DNA of 58,324 nucleotides, the filler included, from Basidiobolus ranarum (lineage: Eukaryota), in assembly GCA_040143965.1 (NCBI GenBank). It is 7 parts of 7 records of this genome, joined end to end, with 100 filler letters (N's around TTAATTAATTAA, not from the genome) between each part and the next. Parts side by side here need not be neighbours in the genome. Positions count along the whole stretch, not along the records: positions 8,363 to 16,621 come from JASJQH010007868.1; positions 16,722 to 24,974 come from JASJQH010007869.1; positions 25,075 to 33,326 come from JASJQH010007870.1; 4 more parts are not named here. The stretch is one strand, 5' to 3'. Position numbers and translations under genes: made by a program. Within the stretch, counting starts at the first letter, position 1, and every line of letters starts with the position of its first letter. The notes below the pieces were generated by a model, which had not been told where the DNA came from, made no database searches, and worked only from the letters and a program-made list of their open reading frames with translations. Shown piece by piece: positions 13,373-26,562 of the stretch.

Positions 13373-14535
13373 CTTATTGGGATTAGGGAGTTGGGTGAAA
13401 AGGAAAAGAAACTAAGAACAGATCTTAAAATACAATTAGACTGCGGAGGTGACAGGACAGAGTGAAGAAACAAGATTACAACAAATTATTGAGTTGCCAA
13501 GGTCGTAAAGGTAATAAGGAAACCTAAACTGTAAGCAGTGCAATATACGAATAAGCAATAAAGGTGGCCTAAGTAAGCAAAAGAGGGAGAACTGTGATTT
13601 AGGAATTTAGAGATAAAAAGATTGTAAGTAAATGACCAAAATTAGCTACGTGGAAAAACCTGGCGGTACCGGGTACTTAAAAGATCTCCCTAAACAACAA
13701 AAAGTGATAAAATAGACATTTATCTAATTTGTACATAGTTCCACGAATCAACGATCTCCATTTTTAACGAGATTTGGACCGTTAACCAATGATGAGGCAC
13801 TGAAATTCCGGAACTTTCTCTATATCCATCACGCCAATGCAAAGCTACTAGGAATTTCTACTGGCTAGTGCAGGATGGCAGTCTACATCAATTACATATG
13901 TTAGGGGCGTCACCTGATATTCAAATTATAGAGAGCATCATGATGCTCTGAGATAAGCACATGTCGAATGGGGAAGGTCGAGTGCTATTATTGATGGGTC
14001 AGTTGCGCTGGCTGCGGCTAGCAAGAGATGCCTAGCAAGATTACTATTTGTTAGAAACACTCATGGTGCTTGACCAAGACTAGATTGTTGAATATTGTCT
14101 TGTTGGCAGTTTGAAAGTCGGTGGAACAAGCCGAGTATCACCCGAGCGAATCGCGAACCACAGGTACTTCAATAAGCATCCAAATGGTTCAGATGCAAGC
14201 TCCAGGAATGATTTGAAATATCCCAGGTGATATGAGCCCTGGATCAGTGATTAGCTTGTTCAAGTGTATTCATAATTTGTATTGAAAACATCACTTGTGT
14301 CTTTAGACAATTTCTGACTAAGCTGGCTAGTAGGTGGTGTTTATGCACAAACCAAGCGGTATCAAAATAAAGCTATTTATATTACACAATATTTAGATGT
14401 GGATAGATGATATAATCTGTGAATTATTAGCATTCAACTAGATTTGTTTGACCATAATTTTCACTATGACGGACGACTCGGTAATAATAGCTTGATTAGT
14501 ACTTCGACGATAGAGTTTTTGTTCCCAGTAGTATC

Positions 14536-16107
14536 ATGGAAACCACGAAAGATCTACCTGTTTGTGGGATGTATGTTATCATATTCTATATACCCATATA
14601 CAGCCTCATTGTCTTCTAGTTCTTGTATTAACTACAATTCCATTCCAACAAGATGTCACATACAATTCTCGAAATACATTTGTCCCAGATGTAATCTTCG
14701 TTATTGTTCATTAAATTGTTATAGGAATGAAGTAAGACTTCTTCATGCTTATATCACAGCCTTTATTCATTAACCTGGTCTTCACTATAGGCTCATCTTT
14801 CTTGTACAGAAAATTTTTATCGCGAGCAAATAGTTGAAGAGGTACAAAATCGCTCAGTTAGTACTTCGCAAAAGTTGCAAACTATGAAAATGTTAGCTGA
14901 ATTCGAGAAAAAAAATCTAGCTTCTGAAGAAGAATTAGGTAACGCATAAGGAATATTTTTATGGATTGAAGTTTCTGCTTTGTTCGACTTACACTAAAGG
15001 TTTCACCCTTTTAGAAACTGAGGATGTAGAGGAAGTTGGTTTGGAGGACAAGTTACTCTCTCGCTTTGAAGACATGAATATTGGTAGGTTTCTCATGGTG
15101 GAGCAAATCCCTCGCATATTTGATGTAAACATTTTCGTATCTAGAGACAGCAACTCCTGATGATTTGTGGGAACTGTTGACGGAGGAAGAGCGCGCAGAT
15201 TTCATCAATACTCTAGATGCGAACGAAGAATCAACTAATGCATTAATCGATATGGCGGAACCTTGGCGACCATGGTGGATACAGAGCAAACAATACGAGT
15301 TAGTTAGCGAGGTTGGGGAAGCGGATAATGAAGAAATGCCTCAAATACCCAAGGTTGTGGATAATATCGAGTCCATTTCTGTACTGTCACCAAAGCCCCC
15401 GCGAAAGGAAATGATCTATAACCTGGTTAATATTATGTACGCCTCGTAGTTCTTTTGTTGTTTGATTCATGACTTACATGGTATATCAGATTTGCGTATG
15501 TATACGCTGTAAGATATCTGGACGGAGACCTCAAGCACTCATCAGCAGATGCTGGTAGTTTGATTTGGAGCGTGAGTTCTTTGTTGGATTCCAAAGAACC
15601 TTTCGTATTTGAAAGCTTGGAGGATTCAATAGTTACATCTATGCAGCGCTCGATAAAGGTAATCTATTTTGTGCAGTGGTGTCAATAAGTGCTAATGTAG
15701 TCAATTTCTTTTAGAATACTCAACTCAAGCAGCCTATGGGATATCAAATATTAGTTCTACACGATATTGTGACTATATTCTCTAGAATTGATTTTGTTTT
15801 GGCTGCGCTTTCAGAACTATATGCACTATTCCAAGACATCCAACAATTGGACAAGAGTTTTGGCAAAACAATCATGCGAAAGGCGTTCATGTCGGAGAAA
15901 AAAACATACTTTTATTTAAGCTTCGCAAAGTCTCTCACCGAAAAGAAGTATACGCCTACACTAAACTCGTTAGCACAAGAGTTGAGTCTACACATCACTT
16001 TGATGAGAAAAGAGAACGAGCTTCACGAGAATGACAAAGAAAAAATCGAAAGCTACTTGGAAAAACAGAAGAAGACAAGTCAACTGATGATTGAGGAACT
16101 GGATTAG
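14536..16107 (+). CDS. ZNHIT2: zf-HIT domain protein, ZNHIT2-like, multi-exon (start uncertain)
   Basis: Spliced CGIC...KYICPRCNLRYCSLNCY...HLSCTENFY zinc finger; LWELLTEEERADF and WRPWW motifs; GT-AG introns between the ORF pieces. Confidence 0.75.
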
Positions 16108-16621
16108 CGAGTGAATATATCTGTTGATTGTACCAAGTTATAGATACAATTTCACCAGTGCTTGCAAGTGACTGGTTGTAGAAACCAATAGAATCTCCGA
16201 AATACAGTGCTTAATAAAAACGAGATGAATTAAAACAATCAATTAGACATTTCATAAAATAAATGGGACAATCGCAAAAAATTGGAGAAAAGCTCAGACA
16301 CATGGCAAAAGAAACTTACTCTGTATCAAATGTTTAGTGTAGCGATAACCACACAGGATTGTTTGCTTTTTGAGTTGGTCGACTGCTGCTAGCCGATACA
16401 CTTTCTTTTATACCCGATGGAGAGAGGTTCCTTCAATATGCAAACGTTCTGGTCTTTCCCCATTTGAGCGCAAGTTAAAAAGGATATGTCAAAGTAGCAG
16501 CCAGGTCACGATTCCAAAGACGAAGGGGTGAATCTTCAGTAGTATTGGCCACGACCTTTAAACACTGTTGGTTTTTGCACCTGAACAGAAATTAGGTTGG
16601 AATTTTTTACTTGCATATAAA

Positions 16622-16721
16622 NNNNNNNNNNNNNNNNNNNNNNNNNNNNNNNNNNNNNNNNNNNNTTAATTAATTAANNNNNNNNNNNNNNNNNNNNNNN
16701 NNNNNNNNNNNNNNNNNNNNN
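16622..16721. other. Artificial contig spacer
   Basis: N44-TTAATTAATTAA-N44. Confidence 0.99.
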
Positions 16722-17195
16722 CGGTCGATTCCAGCAATTGGAGAATGAGAACTCGTTTTTCCAACCTGTAGAGTCTCCATATAACTTTGACACCGGTGAT
16801 GTGGATCAGCACTGGAGAAGGAACCATGTCTTTGATATTTTAGCCAGCGTGAATAGGGATGGCCTTCAGGCCGATATTGTCTACAGTTCAGTTCTTCATT
16901 CGGAAGATATCGTGTCACAATGGCTTCACACCTGGCAAGAGGTTCTTAACACCATGATCACTCGATGCACTCAGATGGATATTGTTGAGCATACTCGAAG
17001 CGACTTCCCTCTACTCAAACTATCAGAAACTGCCTTTAATGCGCTATACAACGATATACTTCTTCAAACTGGGGTTGATTCCAGCAATATCGAGGATATT
17101 CTACCTTGTACTCACTTACAGGAAGGTCTTATAGCTGGTATGCTCAAGTCATCCGATTACTATCATGTTCAGCAAACTTTCGACATTGTTGGCGA
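16722..17195 (+). repeat. Near-identical NRPS inter-module segment, copy 1 (pairs with ~21409-21880)
   Basis: Directly readable DNA near-identity at offset 4687 (cggtcgattccagcaattggagaatgagaac...). Confidence 0.95.
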
Positions 17196-20100
17196 ATTTG
17201 ACTTGGGAAAATTCCAAAACGCATGGAATACCGTTATCCAAGACCACCCTATTCTACACTCGATATTTGTTCAAAATTCCACGCCAAATGAGAGTAGTAT
17301 CACCTTTTATCAGGTAGCTATTAAACATTTCACTCACCAATGGACACAGTTCAACTGCTCTGAGGCATCCCTGGAAGCAACCATCAACCAGTGTCTGGAC
17401 ACCGATAAAAGTAAATTCTTCAACTTTGGTGAGCCTAATATGAGATTAGCTCTAATTGAAACCGACACGAACAAACGTGTATTCATAGTCAGTTGGCACC
17501 ATGCAATTCTGGATGCGACCTCATGGAAAATTGTTCTACAAGATATCCATGCAGTTTATAATTACCACCCTCGTCCAAAAACGTATCCATTCAAGGACTT
17601 TGTATCAGATTTACTTGACCATACACAAAATTTTATTACGGAAGAGCAGGATTATTGGATGAGCAAGTTCTCGCAGCTTAATATTGAGCCGTTCCCGAAA
17701 CTTGAGGCCTCCGAACAATCGGAATCCGGGATGATTCGCATTTCTGACGCAATAGAACTATCCATCCAGACCATCGAGCAGTTTGCTCGACTTTCGAAGG
17801 TGACAATTTTCACTCTGATTAAAGCTGCATGGGCCATGCTTTTGAGGGAGTACACCCAGTGTGAGGATGTCGCCTTTGGTTACACGATTAGTGGAAGAAA
17901 TAGCGAGCTTGTAGGAATATCTTCCATAGTCGGTCCCTGCATTAACACATTACCATGTCATATACATTTTGAAGGCCAGGTCACTGTAGGTGAATGGCTT
18001 CAGAATGCCCATAGCGACTATATCTCATCTCTCTCCTATCAACAAAGCAGTTTACGTGATATCCAGGGTTGCGTAGGAATATCACCACTTATCGATACTC
18101 TACTCGACTACAAAAATGAACTCACGACCAAGAGTGAAAGTGATACTATAAAGCCACCTGGCATTAGAGCTGATACTTTGGTACTTATACCAATAGCTGG
18201 AGATGAGAAAACAGAGGTATTTAACAATTTAAATGTGACTAAAATGTTGGCTAAGAGCAAACTAAATGGTATTGCGAATATATTTTCGAATTGGTGATTA
18301 ATCGTTCACATAGTATCCACTAGGTATATTTATCGAATCTGATGATCATAATCTAACATACACTGTGACTATAAGTAGAAAGTTAGCTACAATACCTCAT
18401 GCCGAGAGGCTATCCCGTTGCTTCAAGATTCTATTTGAAAGTCTAGTAAGCTCGACATTGGATGCAAAACTTGAGACTATTAAGATCGGTCTGAACGAAG
18501 GACGTGAATCATTTAGTAATTCATCGAGCTCTATGGATGTAAATACAACATATCTTCATCATACATTTGAGAAGCAGGCGGATCTTCACCCAGACAATTT
18601 AGCAGTACAGTTTAAAAATTCTGAATACGTCACTTACGGTGAACTTAATCGCAGGGCAAATAAGTTAGCTCATCATCTGAATGAGCTTGGTGTTCGGCCC
18701 GAGTCGATGGTGCCACTCTGCCTCGAAAAGTCGGTTTCCATGATAGTTGCAATGCTCGCGGTCCTCAAAGCAGGAGGAGCCTATGTTCCGTTTGATCCAA
18801 ACTATCCAGTGGAACGAAACCTTTTCATCCTCAACGAGACGAAGGCCAAGATAGTAATCACACTCGAAAAATACAAGGAACGATTTGGTAACAACCATTT
18901 AGTGCTCCTAGATATTGATGAAGATGTTATTCAACAAAAGGCAGATGACAACCTTCAAACAAACGGGCTCACTCCCTTAAATTTATGTTACGTAATGTAT
19001 ACATCAGGCTCTACTGGTGCTCCAAAAGGTGTCATGTTGGAGCATACTGCATTAGTGAATTTTATATTCTCATTTCGTAAGATGTGGAATCTCACCAAAC
19101 ACGATTTAGTCTTACAATTCACCAACTATACCTTCGATGTATCCATTATGGATATATTTGGCACACTTGCATCTGGAGCTTGTGTTGCAATGGCTTCAGA
19201 GGAGGACTTGCGCACGAATCTAGAGGAAATTATCAACACGATGGATATAACCTCCCTAGTACTGACTCCAACAGTTGTTTCATTTATTGATCCGTCGAAA
19301 GTGCCATCTGTAAAAAGGTTATTACTGGCAGGTGAAATGATCACACCTACTGTTCGAAATGCATGGTTGCCGTATGTTGACTTTTTCAACGCCTACGGTC
19401 CAACTGAAGCCTCTGTTATAGTATCGGTGAACATCCTCCTGGACGAACAAAGCTCATGTAGTAATATTGGATTGCCAATAGGAAATAACGAGATGTGTAT
19501 CTTAGGCCTTGATATGTACCCAGTCCCAGTAGGAGTTGTAGGTGAACTGTGTATCAGTGGTCCTCAACTCGCCCGTGGCTATCTCAACCGTCCCGATCTT
19601 ACAGATAAAGCCTTCGTGTCGAATGATCAAGCTGGTGGTACACGCTTTTATCGCACTGGTGACTTAGCTCGCTTCAACTCTGACGGATCAGTGGAACTGA
19701 TTGGCCGGAAGGACAACCAGATCAAACTTAATGGTTTGCGAATTGAGTTGGATGAGATAGAGCATGCTCTTTGTGGTCACTCAAAAGTAACAAGAGCTTG
19801 TGTACTTCCTTTAATCACTGATCAATCTACAAACCGGAAGTCTTTGGTTGCGTTTCTAGGATTCTCTGATATCATGAATGACAATCACTCTCTGAGGCTA
19901 CTATCTGGATCATGTGCTGAAGTGGCAGTAGTACACATGGAAGAGTTGAAAAATCAGGTAAGGAAACGACTCCCATCATATATGGTACCAAATATATGGG
20001 TTCCCCTTGGTTCAATTCCAATCAACACAAGTGGAAAGATTGATCGTAAACGACTAGCTACTTTCTTCGAGTCTTTGAGCTTAGAGGATGTCATAGGCTT

Positions 20101-23100
20101 ATCAATTGGTTCAAGAGAGCAAGATACTACTTCCTTTACTCCTCTGGAAAAAATGTTGCAAAACATTTGGTCTGAAATTCTTAATATCTCCGCATCTAGT
20201 ATAAACATAGATGATTCATTCTATCAATTGGGCGGAGATTCTATCACGGCCATTCGAGTGTCTTCCTCAATTGGTCAACATGGATTTACGCTTTCTGTGA
20301 GGCAAATCATGCAGAATCCTACCATCCGTGCACAAGCCTCGGCTGCCATCCTAGTAGCAACAACTGCTTTGGAATCTCCCAAGATTGCCCTTGATGAAGT
20401 ATCGCTCACTCCTGTTCTGAAGCATTTCTTAGATACACCTCAGGATAACGTGCATCACTTCAATCAGTCCTGGCTGCTCAAACTGAGAGATTCAATAACA
20501 CAAGGCAGTTTGGAAGTGGCCATTTCATCCTTAATGCAACATCATGAATTACTACGCAGCCGCTTTGTCTATTCTGGAGATCAGTGGAAAATCAAAATAC
20601 TGTCAATCGAACAAGTACAATACAAGATTCATCACACCAAGATTGACTCTCTCGATGAAATGAAAGAACACATTCATAAACTCCAACAAAGCCTCAATCT
20701 AGTCTCAGGCCCCGTTTTCCAAGTATCGATGTATGACCTTAATGACGGAAATCAGTTGCTGTTCATGACCGGCCACCGTTTCGTCATTGATCTCGTGTCG
20801 TGGCGAATTATTTGGGAAGATCTTGAGCAACTTCTTCAAGGAAAAGAATATGGTTACAAGTCGATGTCTTTCATGCAATGGAGTTCCATGTTGGATGATT
20901 ATGCTCAAAGCTTAGATATGGAAGTGTGGCCAGTTCAGGAAGTGTCCCAACCACTAATCACGGATTTGTCACTCCTAGAGCAGAACACAATGCAATCAGC
21001 CAAATCCGTATCTTTCACTTTGACACCTCTGAAGACTGAGCAACTATTCAGTCAGGCTAACATTCCCTTCCAGACGGAAGCTACAGATCTGATGATCTCC
21101 TCACTCGTCATTGCTTATTGCTCAGTGTTCAACTCGAGTAGCATGACTATTGGCTTGGAAGGACATGGTCGAGAACCTTGGCGTGAAGACATTGATATTT
21201 CAAGAACGGTTGGTTGGTTTACCACTCTGTATCCAATGGTCGTGAATGTTCAGCAAACGGACGATCTTTTGACAATTTTGAAACGTGTCAAGGATATGAG
21301 GAAGCTTATCCCAGGCAATGGAATTGTTTACGGGCTCCTTCGTGATCTGAACAGAAGTCAAGAGAATCCTCTGAAAGATGATATTATCCAAATTGGATTT
21401 AACTATACCGGTCGATTCCAGCAATTGGAGAATGAGAACTCGTTTTTCCAACCTGTAGAGTCTCCATATAACTTTGACACCGGTGATGTGGATCAGCACT
21501 GGAGAAGGAACCATGTCTTCGACATTTTAACCAGAGTGAATCAGGATGGCCTTCAGGCCAATATTGTCTACAGTTCAGTTCTTCACTCGGAAGATATCGT
21601 GTCACAATGGCTTTACACCTGGCAAGAGGTTCTTAACACCATGATCACTCGATGCACTCAGATGGATATTGTTGAGCATACTCGAAGCGACTTCCCTCTA
21701 CTCAAACTCTCAGAATCTGCCTTTGATGTGCTATACAATGATATACTTCTTCAAACTGGGGTTGATTCCAGCAATATCGAGGATATTCTACCTTGTACTC
21801 ACCTGCAGGAAGGCCTTATAGCTGGTATGCTCAAGTCATCCGATTACTATCATGTTCAGCAAACATTCGATATTGTTGGTGATTTCGACTGGGTGAAATT
21901 CGAGAATGCTTGGCAAACTGTCGTCCAAGACCACCCTATTCTACACTCAGTTTTTGTTCAAAACTCTGTGATAGATGATAGTAGTATCACTTTCTTCCAA
22001 GTAGCTATTAGAGATTACATTCAACAATGGTCACGAATTACCTGCTCCGAAGAATCCATGGAAGACATGGTATGTAAATATTTCGCTGACGATAGTGAAA
22101 AGTATTTCAATCTAGGCCAACCGAATATGAGATTAGCATTGCTAGAAACGGAAACAGGTAAGCGTGTATTGTGTATCAGTTGGCATCATGCGATTCTTGA
22201 TGCCACTTCGTGGAAGATAGTTTTGGAAGATATCTGCACAGTTTACAGTCAACAACCGCGTCCAAAAACCTATCCGTTCAAAAATTTTGTAGCAAGTTTA
22301 CATAATCGCACATCCGCCTTTATTGTTGAAGAGAAAGCCTACTGGATGAAGAAGTTTTCACAGCTGGATATTACATCATTCCCCAAACTAGAGACTTTGA
22401 ATCAAGTGGACCTGGGAATGATTCTTCTTTCTGGAGTGATAGAATTGCCATTACAGCTAATAGCAGGATTTGCCCGACAATGGAAAGTGACCGTTTTCAC
22501 TATCATCAAGGCTGTTTGGGCTTTACTTCTAAGAGAGTATATCCAGAATGATGATGTTGTCTTTGGTTACACGATCAATGGAAGAAATGGTGAGCTAGAA
22601 GGCGTCTCCTCCATGATCGGACCCTGTATCAACACATTACCATGTTATATTCGTTATGAAAGCCAATCCACTATAGGTGAATGGCTTCAGAGCATTCATA
22701 GCGACTACAATACTTCGCTATCTTATCAACAAAGCAGTTTACGTGATATTCAGAGTTGGACTGGAATATCACCACTTTTTGATACTCTACTCGACTACAA
22801 GGTTAACTCTGAGACTGAGAAGAATACGCTCAATACTTTGGAAATTATTCCACTAAGCGGTGATGGAAGCGTAGAGGTATTTGAATGCTTATATATTCTA
22901 AATATGATTGCATTGCTTTAACCATGTATTTCAAACGTGTACTTAATCAATTTTCCAGTATCCACTAGGTTTAGCCGTTGAATCAAACAGCGATGAACTA
23001 TCTTACAGTATCATGATTGATAGAAATTTAGCTACCATGAAGCATGCGCAGAAACTATCGAGTAACTTCAAGAATCTATTCGAAAGTCTAGTGAGCTCCA

Positions 23101-24974
23101 CTACCGATGCAAGACTTGACACTCTAAATATTGGTTGGGATGAAGACCTTGAACTCTTTAGCCATTCATCGAGCTCGACTGACTTCCAGGGAGTAAATGA
23201 AATATGCCTTCATCGTATTTTGGAGGAGCAAGCAGACCTTCACCCAGACAATTTAGCAGTGAAGTTTAAAGATTCCGAATATGTCACTTACGGAGAACTT
23301 AATCGAAGGGCCAATCAATTGGCTCATCATTTGATCGAACTTGGCATTCGCCCCGAGTCCATGGTGCCACTCTGCCTTGAAAAGTCGGTTTCCATGATAG
23401 TTGCAATACTCGCTGTGCTTAAAGCTGGTGGCGCCTATGTTCCGCTTGATCCAAACAATCCCGTGGAACGAAACCTCTTTATTCTCAATGAGACGAAGGC
23501 CGAGGTCGTGGTGACATTTGACCAATACAAGCATAATTTCGATGGACAGCATTTGGTACTTCTTGATATTATCGGCGAAGTGATCGAACAACAGATGGAA
23601 GCTAATCCCATGGTGCAGGGCCTTACCCCCTCTAATTTATGCTATATCTTGTATACGTCAGGCTCAACAGGTACTCCCAAAGGTATCATGATGGAGCACT
23701 CTGGTGTCGTGAGCTATATGAAAGGATTGCGTAAAGTGTGGAATATAACCTCACATGACACAGTCTTACAATTCTCTAACTACACCTTTGACATGTCTGT
23801 GACGGAAATGTTTGGAACATTTGCAGTTGGGGGCTCAGTTGCTCTTGCTTCCAAGGAGGACTTACTCTCCAACCTAGAAGAAATGATCAACATGATGGGT
23901 GTGACGGCACTGGCAATTACTCCGACAATCGCTACTTTCATTGATCCGTTAAAGGTACCATCAGTAAACAGATTGGTGCTCGGAGGTGAAATGTTCACCA
24001 CCAATGTTCTGAACAAATGGCTACCATATGTTGAGCTATCCAACGGCTACGGTCCTACTGAAGCAGCTGTGGTTATATTGGTGAACTGTCCGATGAACAA
24101 ACAAACTTCATGCGACAATATAGGAAAACCAATTGGAAACAACAAAATATATATCTTAAACAATGACCTGCGTCCAGTACCCCTTGGGGTGGCTGGGGAA
24201 TTGTGCGTCAGCGGTCCTCAACTCGCCCGTGGTTATCTTAATCGACCAGACCTCACTGATAAGGCCTTTGTGTCGAGTCCTTTTGCAGCTGGTGAGCGTT
24301 TATATCGTACTGGAGATTTGGCTTATTTCAATTCCGATGGATCAGTAGAATTGATTGGACGTAAAGACAACCAGATCAAGCTTAATGGTTTGCGTATCGA
24401 GTTGGATGAGATTGAGCATGTTATTTGTGATCTGTCAAAAGTAGCAAGAGCTTGTGTACTTCCTTTAATCACTGACCAATCTACAAATCGTAAATCATTG
24501 GTTGCATTTTTAACGTTTTGTGATATCACCGATGACAACATTTCATTGGAGGTACTGTCTGGTTCTAGGGCAGAAGTTGCGGCAGTATACATAAAGGAGC
24601 TAAAGAAACAGGTTAAGGCACAACTCCCATCATATATGGTGCCAAATATATGGGTTCCCCTTGGTTCAATCCCAATCAACACAAGTGGGAAGATTGACCG
24701 TAAAAGACTGGCTACTTTCTTCGAGTCGTTGAGTCTAGAGGCAGTCATAGGTTTGAAAAATGGCGGTATGTCTGAACAAGACACCTCTTCTTTAACTGCA
24801 CCCGAACAAATGATACAAAGCATCTGGTCGCAGATTCTGAATATCTCCGCGTCTAGCATTAGTATCGACGATTCATTCTATCAGCTAGGTGGTGATTCGA
24901 TTTCAGCCATTCGTGTATCATCTTCAAGTCGCCAAAATGGATTTTCACTTTCTGTGAAGCAGATCATGCAGAAT
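16722..24974 (+). CDS. Nonribosomal peptide synthetase, internal fragment open at both ends: [E C-term]-C-A-T-E-C-A-T; introns 18217-18313 and 22877-22958
   Basis: C motif WHHAILD x2; A motifs YTSGSTGxPKG, YGPTE, YRTGDL, SGKIDRK x2; T motif LGGDSI x2; E motifs LEGHGRE, SRTVGWFT, FNYTG. Two phase-0 GT-AG introns join the three ORFs in frame (E|YPLG). Confidence 0.96.
21409..21880 (+). repeat. Near-identical NRPS inter-module segment, copy 2
   Basis: Matches 16722-17195 with few substitutions. Confidence 0.95.
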
Positions 24975-25074
24975 NNNNNNNNNNNNNNNNNNNNNNNNNN
25001 NNNNNNNNNNNNNNNNNNTTAATTAATTAANNNNNNNNNNNNNNNNNNNNNNNNNNNNNNNNNNNNNNNNNNNN
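24975..25074. other. Artificial contig spacer
   Basis: N44-TTAATTAATTAA-N44. Confidence 0.99.
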
Positions 25075-25428
25075 TCCTTGAATGAAATCTTCGAGAAGAA
25101 CCCCTTGAAGATCAAGACTTTCGGTATCTGGCTTCGTTATGACTCCCGTTCCGGTACTCACAATATGTACAAGGAATACCGTGAGTTGACCAGAAACGAT
25201 GCTGTTGAGGCTTGTTATCAAGATATGGCTGCTCGTCACCGTGCCCGCTTCAGATCCATCCAAATTATCCGTGTTGCTGAAGTCGCTAACGCTGATGTTC
25301 GTCGTCCTTACATCAAGCAGCTTATGGTTCCCAAGCTTCGTTTCCCTCTTCCTCACCGTGTTGCTCGCCCAGCCAACAAGGCCAACCGCAGCCTCTTCAT
25401 TGCCAAGCGTCCTTCCACTTTCTATTAA
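25075..25428 (+). CDS. RPL20: 60S ribosomal protein eL20 (L20/L18a), 3' part
   Basis: [43 protein letters not shown]; strong codon bias. Confidence 0.97.
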   Translation, partial: SLNEIFEKNPLKIKTFGIWLRYDSRSGTHNMYKEYRELTRNDAVEACYQDMAARHRARFRSIQIIRVAEVANADVRRPYIKQLMVPKLRFPLPHRVARPANKANRSLFIAKRPSTFY

Positions 25429-25990
25429 ATTGCTTAGATATGTTGTCATGGTGCTTGGTCGGTATTGTGACATTTTCAATAAACAGACTTGTCTTCTACC
25501 ATTTTCCCAACATAACAGTTTTACTACCAATATGATTTTATTGAAGATATCCATTTCTAGTTCCTTTTACATCAAACCAAGCTTTGTTCCAAGATCTGAG
25601 TGACACATACTCCTCATGGTTGTTAAAATCCATTTTTAGGGTTAGGTCTGGATTTCATTGTTCAAGCTATCACAGACATTGCGGTGAGGAATTCGCTAGC
25701 TTTGTCATATGAACGTCATTGCGGCAAGTGTGATTATAAATTGATTTCATTTGAATAGTAATAAGGTTAGTAAACAAGTTAAACGGGTTAGTTTTATCAG
25801 CTGAGCAACTTAGATATTTATTCGTCCGATAAATGAAAGAATCTACGGATCAGTGGTGGATTTGAAATAAATTCCAAATAATCACTGAACATCTATTATT
25901 AGCAAATCTGCAAGAAAATCCCACTTTTTCGCTTCAAGATGAAAGGAGAAATATGGACTTTTGGATTATTTTTAGCCCCAATAAGGAAAT

Positions 25991-26402
25991 ATCTGATTAC
26001 TTTTATCCGAGCAAATTATCTGATCAATTCTATATTCATTATTGATTTTATATCATCATTTCCTATTTAATCTATTTTGATCAAAATCTGATAAAAATTC
26101 TCGTCTGATTTATCTGATGGACATGATGTTACTAGAGAATTGTAATCAGATCCTAGTAATTCTTTCAAACATTTATTTGATGTTCATCTGTATTATGTGG
26201 TTGAGTTTGAATTATCAGATTTGGAGATTGCATAAATTTAGTACCACCATCATAAGTGGCAACTTATCAGATTCTTTAGATAGTAGAACTTGATTGGTGA
26301 TGAAAAAAAGAGAACCAGAGTCTGATTGTCTGTATGTAGCCATCGCATGGCTCCAAATAGAAATCTATTCCGTATTTCCAAACCTAGCAACTTCTATCAG
26401 AT
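25991..26402. promoter_or_regulatory. Cluster of ATCWGATAA (SreA/Urbs1/Fep1-type iron-responsive GATA) sites upstream of the PCS-like gene
   Basis: Perfect sites at 26016-26024, 26086-26094, 26110-26118, 26212-26220, 26264-26272; one-mismatch sites at 25991, 26143, 26394; TATATAA at 26448-26454. Confidence 0.8.
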
Positions 26403-26562
26403 TAAATTTATCAACACTAGTATTGGGGGCTAGATTGGGTCCTAAAGTATATAAGCAGGAGGGAATTCCTTTAGGCGATACATTCACATAGCTAGTTCTC
26501 TTATTCTTCATAGACATCACACCTCCCAGCATACATAGAAACTATCCGAAACTTACAATACG

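Noticed and set aside
18217-23012. NRPS as three genes or a broken pseudogene
   Set aside because: Both breaks are explained by canonical in-frame GT-AG introns at the same motif.
24323-25603. Long antisense/alternate-frame ORFs over the NRPS end and RPL20
   Set aside because: Shadows of codon-biased genes; some run into N spacers.
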